The notes below the pieces were generated by a model. That model saw only the letters and a list, made by a program, of their open reading frames with translations, had not been told where the DNA came from and made no database searches. 64,000 nucleotides of DNA from Parcubacteria group bacterium GW2011_GWC2_48_17 (GTDB lineage Bacteria; Patescibacteriota; Minisyncoccia; Phycocordibacterales; UBA10002). The stretch covers positions 1,528 to 65,527 of the forward strand of contig LCPL01000010.1 in assembly GCA_001003605.1 (NCBI GenBank), in the 5' to 3' direction. Position numbers and translations under genes: made by a program. Within the stretch, counting starts at the first letter, position 1. Every line of letters starts with the position of its first letter. Below, one piece after another: positions 44,342-54,865 of this stretch.

Positions 44342-45568
44342 ATGAAAAATAAGAACATCAGAGTGCCGTACGCGCTCGCGGTCTATGGCGATGAAGAAAT
44401 CGCCGCCGTGAATAGAGTTCTCAAAGACCCCACAAGAATCGTGGCGGGGACGGCCGTGAAGAAGTTTGAAGCGAAAATCGCGGCACTCTTCGGCAAAAAA
44501 TACGGCATTATGGTTAACTCCGGCTCCTCCGCCAATCTCCTTGCGCTTGAACTCCTGAATCTTCCGCGTGGTTCGGAAGTGATAACTCCCGTTCTGACGT
44601 TCAGCACCACGGTGGCGCCGATGGTGCAAAAGGGGTTGGTGCCGGTGTTCGCTGATGTCGTTTTGGGCAGTTACCAAATTGATATCGAACAAATTCCAAA
44701 ACTCATAACGAAAAAGACCAAGGCGCTCATGATTCCTTCGCTCATCGGAAATCTTCCGGATTATAGGAAACTATCCGCCATCGCGAACAAATTCAACTTG
44801 TGGCTGATTGAAGATTCCTGCGACACGCTCGGCGCCACCCTCTTTGGCAAGCCGACTGGGTTTTATTCCGATATTTCTACCACGAGTTTCTACGCCTCGC
44901 ACATCATTACCGCCGGTGGCGGAGGCGCGATGCTCTGTGTGAATGATGCGGCGCTTGCGCGGCGCGCGCTTGTTATGGCGAATTGGGGAAGGGAGTCTAC
45001 TCTTTTTGGTTCATACGGCAAAGGAGAGGTGCTTCAAAAGCGCATGGCCGGCCGCATCAATGGAAAACCGTATGATGCGAAATTCATTTTCAGCGAAATC
45101 GGATACAACTTCCAATCTAATGAGATTGCTGGAGCGTTCGGACTTGAACAATTAAAGCGGCTAAAAACATTCTCCGCCGCGCGCAAACGCAATTTCAAAC
45201 GGTTGCTCGGTTTTTTCAGGAAATATGAAGATTTCTTTATTTTACCGACACAGCACAAGGGGGCAAACACGGCGTGGCTCGCGTTTCCGCTTGTGCTAAA
45301 GGACGGCGCACCCTTCCGCCGCGAAGAGCTTGTCGGCTTCCTGGAGAAGCAAAACATTCAGACACGGCCCATCTTTACCGGCAATATCCTCCGCCAGCCG
45401 GCGTTTCGAAAAATTACGCGCCGCACCCTTCCCGGCGGATATCCCGCGGCGGACCTTATAACGCGGGGCTCTCTCCTCATCGGCGCTCACCACGGACTGA
45501 CCGAAGAAATGATTCGGCACCTGTTTGAGAGTTTTTCCGCGTTTTTGAAGAAACACACTCGTGCATGA
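44342..45568 (+). CDS. DegT-family enzyme of the RfbH/ColD 3-dehydrase type
   Basis: VNSGSSANLLA, EDSCDTLG, SFYASHIIT (His at the PLP-Lys position), TRPIFTGNI. Confidence 0.82.
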   Translation: MKNKNIRVPYALAVYGDEEIAAVNRVLKDPTRIVAGTAVKKFEAKIAALFGKKYGIMVNSGSSANLLALELLNLPRGSEVITPVLTFSTTVAPMVQKGLVPVFADVVLGSYQIDIEQIPKLITKKTKALMIPSLIGNLPDYRKLSAIANKFNLWLIEDSCDTLGATLFGKPTGFYSDISTTSFYASHIITAGGGGAMLCVNDAALARRALVMANWGRESTLFGSYGKGEVLQKRMAGRINGKPYDAKFIFSEIGYNFQSNEIAGAFGLEQLKRLKTFSAARKRNFKRLLGFFRKYEDFFILPTQHKGANTAWLAFPLVLKDGAPFRREELVGFLEKQNIQTRPIFTGNILRQPAFRKITRRTLPGGYPAADLITRGSLLIGAHHGLTEEMIRHLFESFSAFLKKHTRA

Positions 45569-47460
45569 CCATGATACAAGCCATATCGGTGACCGAGCAA
45601 AGGGCGGGCGCGAAGGAAGCTGTTTTGCCTCAAGACGATACGGAAGAGGCACCGGCACAGATGCCCGCGCGCCGCGCGCTACTCGAAAGACTGCGAGCGT
45701 TCGCGAAAGAACATCGGCTGATTCTGCTCTTCGCGTTTCTGCTCGCGCTTCTTATAAAATCACCGCTTCTTGCTTTCCCATACGCCGCGAATGATGCGTA
45801 TCGCGGTATTAACCTATACCACTACGGCAATCTTGCGGCTGACGAAGATTTTTATTTGTCGCGCGGCAAAGAAGTACTTGAAGGACACGGGTTAGGAAAT
45901 CCTCTTATACGAGAGGGAAAGGATACATATCCCGACTACTACTTCACTATTAACGAATATGTGCTGGTCGGACCTTTCTATCTCCTCGGCCTTGCCGATA
46001 ACGTTGATATATCCACACTTTACGCCATATATAGTTTTATAGGCGTTTTTGCTTTAATTGTAACCATCTATTTTTTCGCGCTCCATCTTCGGGCCGACAG
46101 ATTTTTTGCAACAGTAGTCGCTATTTCCGTAGTGAGCGGCTATTCCATTATTGAGAACAGTTTTTTTGCTCCGGTGTTCAACATGTATGGGCGGGCTCTT
46201 CATCCCGCCTTAAGCTCGCTTGCCGTCTTCTCATATCTCATTTTGTGCCTGCGGGCGCTCAAAACCCCATCTCTCCCGAGGTTATTAATCGCCGGCGCCA
46301 TGTTCGGTGCGCTTTCGTACATCTATTCGTACGCGTGGACGTTTATCGCGGTTTTTAACGGCTTTTTATTTTTACTTTTTATTTTTAAAAGGGACTGGAT
46401 GTCAGTTAGGCATATTTTTCTGATTTCTTGTCTCGGAGCCCTTATAAGCGCTTACAATGTCATACGAACAATACTTTACATGATTTTTCCGGCTGGACAG
46501 CAGTTTTCTTATTTCTATGGCGCGAAATATGGATATGCTCTCGCGTACAAAAAGATTGGCCCCTTGGTACTGCTCCTATTCGGACTTTTCGCGCATCGGA
46601 AACGCGATTTAAATTGGCCACTCATTTTCGCCCTGCTTCTTTCCGGATGGTTTTGCATCAATCAGCAAGCGCTCACAGGACTTCGCATACAGCCCAATCA
46701 TTATCTTTGGTATTACACCGAGCCTGCTTTTATAATCGCGCTTTCCTACGCGCTTTGGTCATACCTCAAGACGGACCGCGCCAAAGCAATCGCGTGTTTC
46801 CTTGTCGTCGGCATATTCCTGACGAACACCGCCGTCGCGCAATACAAAGCTTTTTCCGGAACGCTTCCGCAAAGACTTTACGAACAGGATTACCGAACAG
46901 CTTTGGACGAATTGAATAAGGACAAAAACTCGGGAGTGGTGCTCGCCTCTCCAACCGAGGACACGGAGTTTCTCGTCACGGTGTACACGCCACATGATTT
47001 GTTTTGGCAGAGGAACCTCGCGCAGTTTAACGACAATCCGATACAGCGGCACAAAGACGCTCTGCTTCTATACCTCTACTTGAACAAAGACGCGAGGAGG
47101 GAGCCCGGCGCGTATCTTAAGAAGATTTTGGAAGATGATGGCGACTCATCAATGTATAAAGCGTTATATCAAGATATTGAAGGGTACGCGTCGGGTTTTA
47201 ACCTGCACGAATACAACCGGCGCGCTGCGGAGAATGGAGAGGAGTTTAGGCTGTATCGGCAGGATTTTCTGAGGAAATTTGTCGTGGATTATGAAAAAAC
47301 GACCAAAGAAAAAGACGGCTTTGAAAAACTCCTTGATGCGTACGGAGTAAACTGGATTCTGTGGGATAGAGCTAAGCAACCGGAGTGGGACCCTGCTGTC
47401 TTTCGAGGCCTTACGCATGTAGCCACTCGGGGAAATATTGTTTTGTTCACCCTGGAATAG
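45565..47460 (+). CDS. Polytopic membrane protein, GT-C-like (paralog of 23467..25266)
   Basis: DEDFYLSRGKEVLEGH, many TM helices, C-terminal YGVNWILWD. Confidence 0.65.
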   Translation: MTMIQAISVTEQRAGAKEAVLPQDDTEEAPAQMPARRALLERLRAFAKEHRLILLFAFLLALLIKSPLLAFPYAANDAYRGINLYHYGNLAADEDFYLSRGKEVLEGHGLGNPLIREGKDTYPDYYFTINEYVLVGPFYLLGLADNVDISTLYAIYSFIGVFALIVTIYFFALHLRADRFFATVVAISVVSGYSIIENSFFAPVFNMYGRALHPALSSLAVFSYLILCLRALKTPSLPRLLIAGAMFGALSYIYSYAWTFIAVFNGFLFLLFIFKRDWMSVRHIFLISCLGALISAYNVIRTILYMIFPAGQQFSYFYGAKYGYALAYKKIGPLVLLLFGLFAHRKRDLNWPLIFALLLSGWFCINQQALTGLRIQPNHYLWYYTEPAFIIALSYALWSYLKTDRAKAIACFLVVGIFLTNTAVAQYKAFSGTLPQRLYEQDYRTALDELNKDKNSGVVLASPTEDTEFLVTVYTPHDLFWQRNLAQFNDNPIQRHKDALLLYLYLNKDARREPGAYLKKILEDDGDSSMYKALYQDIEGYASGFNLHEYNRRAAENGEEFRLYRQDFLRKFVVDYEKTTKEKDGFEKLLDAYGVNWILWDRAKQPEWDPAVFRGLTHVATRGNIVLFTLE

Positions 47461-47509
47461 TGCGTTACGGAGCACATTTTGCCCATAACTATAGTTGTAG
47501 TACGGCACT

Positions 47510-48616
47510 ATGACCGGCCAATCCATTGCCATTGGGAAAAAGAAAATCGGTCCGGGGAACCCCGTATTCATCATCGCGGAAGCGGGGGTGAATCATAATG
47601 GGGAGCTTCTGCTTGCCAAAAAGCTTATTGACGCCGCTGCCAAAGCGGGAGCGGATGCGGTGAAGTTCCAAACCTTTAATCCGGACATACTCGTGACCAG
47701 GGATGCCGCGAAGGCCGCCTACCAAGTGCGAAATGAAATGAAAGGGCAAAATCCCTCCCCCTCGCAGACTCGGGTACTCCCTTTAGGAAAGGGAGAATCC
47801 CAGTACGCGATGTTGAAGCGCCTCATGTTGCCGCGAAAGCATCATCGCGCGCTCAAGCGCTACGCGGAGAAAAGAGGACTCATATTTCTTTCCACACCGT
47901 TTTCGTTTGATGACGCGCTGTTTTTGAAAAAGCTTGGCGTTCCGGCACTGAAGATTGCCTCAAGCGACGCGAACAATCTTCCGCTTCTTTTAGAGCTCGC
48001 AAAGTGGAAACTCCCGATTATTCTCTCGACGGGCATGACCGATATGTCCGAGGTGCGCGAGGCGGTAGCGACCGTCAAAAAGGCCGGAAACGCGAAACTG
48101 ATTCTTTTGCATTGCACCTCTAACTACCCGACGCAGTTTTCTGAAGCAAATTTGCGGGCGATTGAAACGCTACGAAAAGAATTTGGTCTGCCAATCGGTT
48201 TTTCCGACCACACCATTGGAAACATTGCTGCAGTCGCGGCCGTTGCTCTAGGCGCTTCGGTCATTGAAAAACATTTCACTCTTGATAGGAATCTTTCTGG
48301 TCCCGACCACAAAGCATCGCTTGAACCCGATGAACTTCGCAATTTCGTGAAGAATATAAGGAATATTGAAACAGCGCTCGGGACGGGAGAAAAAATCCCC
48401 AGCGCCAGCGAGAAAAAGAATGCAAAAGTTTCGCGCAAGAGTATTGTTGCCGCGCGCGACATTAGGAAGGGGGAGAAATTCACCGCGGGCAACCTTACCG
48501 TTAAGCGTCCCGGCACAGGACTTTTGCCAAAAAATCTCGATAAGATTATCGGTGCTCGCGCTATGCGTAACATTGTGGCTGATACGCTCATATCCAACCA
48601 TGATTACAAAACGTAA
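47510..48616 (+). CDS. neuB: N-acetylneuraminate/nonulosonate synthase
   Basis: IIAEAGVNHNG, AVKFQ, STPF, LSTGM, HCTSNYP, GFSDHT, IEKHFTLD, C-terminal SAF domain. Confidence 0.95.
   Translation: MTGQSIAIGKKKIGPGNPVFIIAEAGVNHNGELLLAKKLIDAAAKAGADAVKFQTFNPDILVTRDAAKAAYQVRNEMKGQNPSPSQTRVLPLGKGESQYAMLKRLMLPRKHHRALKRYAEKRGLIFLSTPFSFDDALFLKKLGVPALKIASSDANNLPLLLELAKWKLPIILSTGMTDMSEVREAVATVKKAGNAKLILLHCTSNYPTQFSEANLRAIETLRKEFGLPIGFSDHTIGNIAAVAAVALGASVIEKHFTLDRNLSGPDHKASLEPDELRNFVKNIRNIETALGTGEKIPSASEKKNAKVSRKSIVAARDIRKGEKFTAGNLTVKRPGTGLLPKNLDKIIGARAMRNIVADTLISNHDYKT
47750..47796. repeat. In-frame repeat-derived insertion inside neuB
   Basis: CCCTCCCCCTCG..CTCCCTTT-AGG-AAAGGGAG hairpin; adds NPSPSQTRVLPLGKG between YQ and SQY. 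Confidence 0.6.
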
Positions 48617-49748
48617 AAAGATAGCCTATATCTCCGGCACGCGCGCCGATTTCGGCCTTATGACGCCGGTTCTAAAAGCGATTGAGCAAAGCGGCAAACT
48701 TTCGTTGCAGCTCTATGTTACCGGCATGCACCTTATGCCTGAATTCGGAGAGACAAAAAAATTGGTACAGAAAGAATTTTCCGGAACAAAAACTATTACA
48801 GCGATTTTCGAGGACGATTCCAGAGCGTCCCTCGCTCGCTTCTGCGCGTCGCTCCTTCCTAAAATCACGCAGTCGTTTGAGAAGGATAGGCCTGATTTCG
48901 TCCTACTCTTTGGCGATAGGCCCGAAATGCTCTGCGTCGCAGTGGCCTGCCTCTATCTCGGCATACCGACAGGACACTTTCAGGGCGGAGAGATAAGCGC
49001 TACGGTTGACGGCATTACGCGGCACGCACTCACCAAATTATCCTCTTTGCATTTTCCAGCCACGAAGAAATCAGCGGCATTCATCGAGAAGATGGGGGAG
49101 GAAAAATGGCGAATCATACGAACCGGCGCTCCTGCGCTTGATGATATATTGGGCGCTGAACTCCCGAGCCGAAAAGAGCTTCTAAACGAGCTTGGTATTA
49201 CTTCACTCTCTACGCCCTTCATTCTTTTTGTACAGCATCCGTATTTTGAGGGAGGGGAGAGAGTAGAGAAACAAATCGCCGAGTCGCTCGCGGCAATCAA
49301 ATTATCCAAGCTCCCAATCGTTGCCATCTACCCGAATGCCGACCCGGGAGGGCGGAAGATAATCAAGATACTTGAACGGGAACGGGACAATCCTAAGTTC
49401 CATGTTTTTCGGAATGTGACGCACGCGCAGTTTCTCGCGCTCGAGCGGGAAGCGGGCGTTATGGTTGGCAATAGCAGTTCAGGGCTTATTGAAGCGATTG
49501 CATGGAGGACTCCCGTCGTTAATGTGGGCAGACGCCAATTTGACCGCGAGCGAGGGAAAAATGTCATAGATGCACCCGTGTCGAGAAAGGAAATCGCGCG
49601 AGCAATAAAAAAAGCACTCTACGACAAAAGATTTCTGGCAAAACTTCGTCGCGCAGAAAACCCATGGGGAAACGGAGGAGTCGGTAAACGCGTCGTTTCC
49701 GTGTTAGAGCATTTGCGGATTGACGAACGACTTCTCATTAAAAAATAG
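48600..49748 (+). CDS. neuC: UDP-N-acetylglucosamine 2-epimerase (hydrolysing)
   Basis: SGTRADFGL, TGMHL, GDRPEM, GGE, RHALTKLS, GNSSSGLIEA. Confidence 0.93.
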   Translation: MITKRKKIAYISGTRADFGLMTPVLKAIEQSGKLSLQLYVTGMHLMPEFGETKKLVQKEFSGTKTITAIFEDDSRASLARFCASLLPKITQSFEKDRPDFVLLFGDRPEMLCVAVACLYLGIPTGHFQGGEISATVDGITRHALTKLSSLHFPATKKSAAFIEKMGEEKWRIIRTGAPALDDILGAELPSRKELLNELGITSLSTPFILFVQHPYFEGGERVEKQIAESLAAIKLSKLPIVAIYPNADPGGRKIIKILERERDNPKFHVFRNVTHAQFLALEREAGVMVGNSSSGLIEAIAWRTPVVNVGRRQFDRERGKNVIDAPVSRKEIARAIKKALYDKRFLAKLRRAENPWGNGGVGKRVVSVLEHLRIDERLLIKK

Positions 49749-49752
49749 CATT

Positions 49753-50694
49753 ATGACAAAAAAGACGCAGAAAGTATTTGTGACTGGCGCGGGCGGATTT
49801 CTTGGTTCGCACCTTTGCGACGCGTTCCTTCTGCAAGGTTACGCGGTTTTCGGAACCACTCATGAAGACGACTCGCGCGTCGCTCATCTTCGTGGCAACA
49901 AAGATTTTAAGGCAATTGAGCTTGATTTTACGAACGAGCGCGAGATGGCATACACTCTCGCCGATATTATGCCGGACGCCGTGGTACACGCGGGCGCCTT
50001 GAATCCCAAAGAGCCGATAGCATCGCCCACTCCCTACTTCGAAGCAAATGAGCGCGGGACACTTACGGTTCTCGAGGCGGCGCGAAAAGCAAAGGTGCGG
50101 AAATTCGTCTATATCTCGTCAATGAGCGTGTATGATAAAAATAAACTCACGCTTCCGGTTTCGGAGGAACACCCAGTTTCTCCAAATGATTTTTACAGCG
50201 CCAGCAAATACGCAGGCGAGATGTGGTCTTTGCTATACGGAGAAACTCTCGGCCTGCAGGTCGCCGTCCTCAGGTGTTCCGGCATCTACGGTCCTCGAAG
50301 ACACTTTGGCGCGGTGAACAATTTCGTCAAAAACGCGCTTGCTCATAAACCCCTCACGATTGATCGCGCTATGGGATGGGATTTGGTGAATGTAAAAGAT
50401 GTGGCAATGGCCGTGGTACAATCGCTTAACGTTCTTGGCCGTCGCACATTCGATGTCTTTAATATAGGGAGCGGGGTTCTGACAAACATAGAAGAACTTG
50501 CGCGGCTTATTATCCGCGAGACTAACTCACGCTCCATTATTGCATTTGGTCCGGACTTTAAGAAAAAAACGCCATTTAATTTCTATTTCAATATCAACAA
50601 GGCGCGCAAACTCCTCCGTTTTGAGCCGTCTACCTTACAAGATGGCATACGAGATTATGTTAAAAGCTTAAAAGTCGAGGCAAACTCTACATGA
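49753..50694 (+). CDS. NAD-dependent epimerase/dehydratase
   Basis: VTGAGGFLG, SSMSVY, YSASK. Confidence 0.88.
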   Translation: MTKKTQKVFVTGAGGFLGSHLCDAFLLQGYAVFGTTHEDDSRVAHLRGNKDFKAIELDFTNEREMAYTLADIMPDAVVHAGALNPKEPIASPTPYFEANERGTLTVLEAARKAKVRKFVYISSMSVYDKNKLTLPVSEEHPVSPNDFYSASKYAGEMWSLLYGETLGLQVAVLRCSGIYGPRRHFGAVNNFVKNALAHKPLTIDRAMGWDLVNVKDVAMAVVQSLNVLGRRTFDVFNIGSGVLTNIEELARLIIRETNSRSIIAFGPDFKKKTPFNFYFNINKARKLLRFEPSTLQDGIRDYVKSLKVEANST

Positions 50695-51809
50695 AAATAC
50701 CAGGCGCAAAACCATATTGTCCTGATATACCGGGTCTTCTTGCAAAGATGAAGGCGGTACTAGAGAGCGGGCGGCTCATACTTGGGCCTCGGAACGAAGA
50801 ACTGGAAAAAGAATTTGCAAAATATATCGGCGTCAAATACGCCGTTGCCGTGGCGACCTGTTCTGCCGCTCTTGAAATTGTCATGCGCTACGCCAAGGTC
50901 GCGGGCGGGGAAGTCATCGTCCCCGCAAACACCTTTGTCGCGTGCGGCAATACGGTGCTCTACGCCGGCGCGACTCCCATTTTTGCCGAAACGGAAAAAG
51001 AAAGTTGTTGCCTCTCTCTGCAAGGAGTCACGCAAAAAATCACGCCGAAAACCAAAGCCGTTATGGCGGTACATCTTTCGGGTCTCCCAATGCCGGAAAT
51101 AAACGAGCTTCGCGCTCTTTGCCGAGCACAGCAATTATTTTTGATAGAGGACTGCTCTCACGCGCACGGCGCTACGACTCACGGGCAGAAAGTAGGAAGC
51201 ATTGGAGACGCGGGGTGTTTCAGTCTATTTGCCACAAAAATCATCACCTCCGGCGTTGGCGGCATTATTACCACGAACGACCCCGAACTTTTGCGTTTCG
51301 CGCGAAGTGTGCGGCATCAGGGAGAAGAGGGAGGGATCGAGAACATCGTCAATCTCGGCAACGATTGGCTGATGGACGAGATGCGCGCGACCTTCGCTCT
51401 CCATGAGCTAAACTTTCTTGAGGAAATTATCAAAGAAAGAAACAGCATAGCGGAGAAATATCGAGCGCGCATAGCGCGTATGCCGCACATCCTGTCAAAC
51501 GCCGTTCCAAGTAACATTAGGCACAGTTACTATAAGTTCTTGGCGACGCTTGACGAAACAGTGGATAAAGACAAACTCGTGCAGAGCATGAAAAAAGCGG
51601 GAATTGAGATGAACACGCTATACTCGAAGACCATTTATAATCATCAGGCGTATCAACAGATGGGCTTTTCCAGGAATCAATGTCCTGTTACGGAAGAAAT
51701 CATGAAGCACCAGATTGCCCTACCCATCTACTTTGGAATGACCGACGAGGAAATCACATACCTTATGGATACGCTCGAGGCGGGCATTTTGGAGCATACC
51801 AACGCATGA
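50691..51809 (+). CDS. DegT/DnrJ/EryC1/StrS aminotransferase
   Basis: EDCSHAHG, SLFATKIITSGVGG. Confidence 0.9.
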   Translation: MKIPGAKPYCPDIPGLLAKMKAVLESGRLILGPRNEELEKEFAKYIGVKYAVAVATCSAALEIVMRYAKVAGGEVIVPANTFVACGNTVLYAGATPIFAETEKESCCLSLQGVTQKITPKTKAVMAVHLSGLPMPEINELRALCRAQQLFLIEDCSHAHGATTHGQKVGSIGDAGCFSLFATKIITSGVGGIITTNDPELLRFARSVRHQGEEGGIENIVNLGNDWLMDEMRATFALHELNFLEEIIKERNSIAEKYRARIARMPHILSNAVPSNIRHSYYKFLATLDETVDKDKLVQSMKKAGIEMNTLYSKTIYNHQAYQQMGFSRNQCPVTEEIMKHQIALPIYFGMTDEEITYLMDTLEAGILEHTNA

Positions 51810-52495
51810 GAGTGACTATACATCAGCCCGAATACCTTCCATACCTCGGTTTTTTTGACCGGCTTCTTCATGCCGACACTTTTGTACTTTTGGACACGGC
51901 GCAATTCCAGAGAGGCGGGTTCATCAATCGGAACAGAATCAAAACTCCGAAAGGCTCCCAATGGCTTACGGTCCCGATTGTAGGGAGAAAGAAGGATGTG
52001 AAGAAAAGCATACAGTCGGTTCGCATAGATAGCGAGAAGCCATGGCAGGAGGAGCACATACGGGCGATTGAATTAAACTATAAAAAAGCGCCCCACTTTC
52101 AAGAATTCTTTCCAGATTTGCGTGAGCTCCTTTTACGAAAGTGGGAGGGAATATCGGAGCTCGACAGCACTCTTATCGAATGGGTCGTTACTTTATTTGG
52201 ACTCAGCATACACATGGTACAGTCTTCTGCACTATCGATTACCGGCTCCGCAACAGACCAACTCGTGAGCATCTGCGCTGAACTTGGCGCCGATACCTAC
52301 GTCTCCGGGCCGGGGGGCAGAAACTATTTAGAGATGGATAAATTTTCAAGGGCCGGCATCAAGGTAGACTTCCACAATTTCGAGCATCCAATATATGAAC
52401 AGCGGTTCGGTGGAACATTTGAGCCCAACCTATCGGTTATAGACTATATCTTTAACTGTGGTCCGCGTTTACCCGCTAAAACAAAGAGTTCATGA
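51806..52495 (+). CDS. WbqC-like protein
   Basis: IHQPEYLPYLGFF, NRNRIKT, WLTVP, YVSGPGG, LSVID. Confidence 0.88.
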   Translation: MRVTIHQPEYLPYLGFFDRLLHADTFVLLDTAQFQRGGFINRNRIKTPKGSQWLTVPIVGRKKDVKKSIQSVRIDSEKPWQEEHIRAIELNYKKAPHFQEFFPDLRELLLRKWEGISELDSTLIEWVVTLFGLSIHMVQSSALSITGSATDQLVSICAELGADTYVSGPGGRNYLEMDKFSRAGIKVDFHNFEHPIYEQRFGGTFEPNLSVIDYIFNCGPRLPAKTKSS

Positions 52496-53151
52496 ATATT
52501 CTTGTTATTGCTCCGCATGGAGATGATGAAGTGCTCGGTGTGGGGGGCACTTTGGCAAAGCATGCGAGAGCGGGGGACACGCTCTTCCGCTCCATCATAA
52601 CCAAAACCTATCCGCCGGATTGGCCGGAGTCTTTTCAGAAAGAACGCGAAAAAGAAATCGCTCGCTCCGGAAAGATTCTTCATATTAAGAAGACTTTTTC
52701 ACTCGGCTTTCCAACCGTGAAGCTCGACACTATTCCGCAAAAGGAACTCAATGACCGTCTGTCCGAGATAGTAAAAGAAGTGAAGCCAGACATTGTATAC
52801 ACGCCGAGCGGAAAAGACTTGAACCGCGACCACCGTCTCGTTTTTGAAGCAACACTCGTCGCTACTCGTCCGGTTCCTGGAAGTTCGGTGCAAAAGCTCC
52901 TCTGCTACGAAGTCGTTTCGGAAACCGAGTGGGGGAGAAGTTTCGGCGTGTTTAGTCCCACCTATTATGTGCCGCTTACAAAGGATGACATTCGTTTGAA
53001 ATTAGACGCCATGAAGATGTATCAAAGCGAACTGCGGCAGTTTCCGCATCCGCGGTCTCTTGAGGTTCTTGAAATGCACGCGAAACTTCGCGGCTCTGAA
53101 ATTGGCTGTCAATTTGCGGAGGCGTTTGAGCTTATCCGCTTGATTGCGTAG
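52492..53151 (+). CDS. PIG-L/LmbE family deacetylase
   Basis: APHGDDEVLGVGG, DLNRDH, YEVVSETEW, HPRS, AEAF. Confidence 0.9.
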   Translation: MNILVIAPHGDDEVLGVGGTLAKHARAGDTLFRSIITKTYPPDWPESFQKEREKEIARSGKILHIKKTFSLGFPTVKLDTIPQKELNDRLSEIVKEVKPDIVYTPSGKDLNRDHRLVFEATLVATRPVPGSSVQKLLCYEVVSETEWGRSFGVFSPTYYVPLTKDDIRLKLDAMKMYQSELRQFPHPRSLEVLEMHAKLRGSEIGCQFAEAFELIRLIA

Positions 53152-53254
53152 CGGTGCCTTGATGCACTCCCAGACAAGGAAAGAGACCTCCTGTCTTGTT
53201 TTGTCGTTTAGCAAACAAATCAGCCATTACTGTAGTTATCTATATGGCTATACC

Positions 53255-53662
53255 ATGGCTCATAAACGCTTTAACAAGTGGGAAATGCCGCACATAGAGC
53301 ACGGTAAACCGACCAAATGGAATTGGTTGGTTTTGTATCCCGATGGCCTTACGCTTGGGAGTCATACCGATATCGGAGCGTACACTTTGCTCGTGGCAAA
53401 GCACGGTATAGAGATCGAGGATGAGGTGCAGATCGGTTCGCACTGCGCTATCTATTCGTACTCCACAATCGACGGTAAAGCGGGGAAGGTCGTATTAAAG
53501 AAAAATTGTCGCGTCGGGACGCACAGTTCAGTTATGCCCGGCGTGACAATCGGGGAGAATTCTATCGTAGGCGCTCACAGTTTCGTCATTAAGGACGTTC
53601 CACCAAACACTACAGTGGTGGGGGTGCCAGCGAAACCCATAAAGAAACTGAATAACTTATGA
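53255..53662 (+). CDS. Hexapeptide-repeat acyltransferase
   Basis: VQIGSHC, MPGVTIGENSIVGAHSFV, GVPAK. Confidence 0.88.
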   Translation: MAHKRFNKWEMPHIEHGKPTKWNWLVLYPDGLTLGSHTDIGAYTLLVAKHGIEIEDEVQIGSHCAIYSYSTIDGKAGKVVLKKNCRVGTHSSVMPGVTIGENSIVGAHSFVIKDVPPNTTVVGVPAKPIKKLNNL

Positions 53663-53665
53663 CGC

Positions 53666-53718
53666 ATAACTGAATAACAGAGAAGTCTTTCAAGTTATTC
53701 AGTTATAGGTTATTCAGT
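53666..53718. repeat. ATAACTGAATAAC / GTTATTCAGTTAT inverted repeat with a duplicated right arm
   Basis: ataactgaataac-agagaagtctttcaa-gttattcagttat-ag-gttattcagt. Confidence 0.7.
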
Positions 53719-53726
53719 GATACGTT

Positions 53727-54860
53727 ATGGTCATTATACATTACCCGCTCGCAAAACCGCACATCGGAAAAGAAGAGGAACGAGCGGTACTTAAAACGCT
53801 TCGCTCCGGCGTTCTTAGCATGGGTCCCGCCATAACGGAGTTTGAGAAGCGTTTTGCCAGATTTGTTGGAACAAAATACGCCGTGGCTGTTTCAAGCGGA
53901 ACGGCGGGCTTGCACCTTGCACTTATCGGCGCGGGCATCAAAGAGGGAGATGAGGTTATCACCTCGCCGTTTTCGTTTGTCGCCTCTGCGAACGCGATTT
54001 TGTATGTCGGAGCGACACCGGTATTTACAGATGTTGACCCGAATACCTTCAACATTGACCCTATGGGTATCGAAAAGAAAATCACTCCGCGAACGAAGGC
54101 TATCCTAGTCGTGCATATCTTCGGGCAATCGGCAGACATGAACCAAATTCTCGCGTTGGCAAGGAAGCACAAACTCAAAATCATTGAAGACGCGTGCGAA
54201 AGTTTAGGCGCGACTTATAAGGGCGGGGAAAACGGCATAGCGCGGATGGTGGGTACGTTTGGCGAGTCAGGAGTCTTCGCGTTTTATCCTAATAAACAAA
54301 TGACCACAGGAGAAGGCGGGATGATAGTGACGAATAGCAAGAAACTCTGTGCTCTCCTTCGGAGTCTCCGCAATCAAGGACGCGGAAAGAATATGCAATG
54401 GCTTTCACACGAGCGGCTGGGGTACAATTACCGGATGGATGAGATGAGCGCGGCGCTCGGTCTAGTCCAGCTCCGGAAAATCCGATTTCTTATACGCGAG
54501 CGTCAAAAAATAGCCGTCTGGTATCACCGTTTTCTATCGAAGCAGGCCTGCGGCATACAGCCGCTTAAGGTGGCAATTGGCAATACAAATACCTGGTTTG
54601 TCTATCCTGTACTCCTTCCTAGCGGCGTCAATAGAAATAGCGTAGTAGAGCGCATGGAAAAGCGCGGGATAAACACCAAGCCGTATCTTCCCTCCATCCA
54701 TCTATTCGGCTTTTATAAAAAGCGATTCGGTTTCAAGAAAGGGGATTTCCCGATATCCGAAGAAGTGAGCGAGCGCGTACTCGCGCTTCCGTTTTATATA
54801 GGACTTACTAAGAATGACATAGGACTTATCGTAGACGCGTTAACAGAGTCATTAGCCTAG
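53727..54860 (+). CDS. DegT/DnrJ/EryC1/StrS aminotransferase
   Basis: SSGTAGLHL, EDACESLGA, FYPNKQMTTGEGG, GYNYRM. Confidence 0.92.
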   Translation: MVIIHYPLAKPHIGKEEERAVLKTLRSGVLSMGPAITEFEKRFARFVGTKYAVAVSSGTAGLHLALIGAGIKEGDEVITSPFSFVASANAILYVGATPVFTDVDPNTFNIDPMGIEKKITPRTKAILVVHIFGQSADMNQILALARKHKLKIIEDACESLGATYKGGENGIARMVGTFGESGVFAFYPNKQMTTGEGGMIVTNSKKLCALLRSLRNQGRGKNMQWLSHERLGYNYRMDEMSAALGLVQLRKIRFLIRERQKIAVWYHRFLSKQACGIQPLKVAIGNTNTWFVYPVLLPSGVNRNSVVERMEKRGINTKPYLPSIHLFGFYKKRFGFKKGDFPISEEVSERVLALPFYIGLTKNDIGLIVDALTESLA

Positions 54861-54865
54861 TTTGT

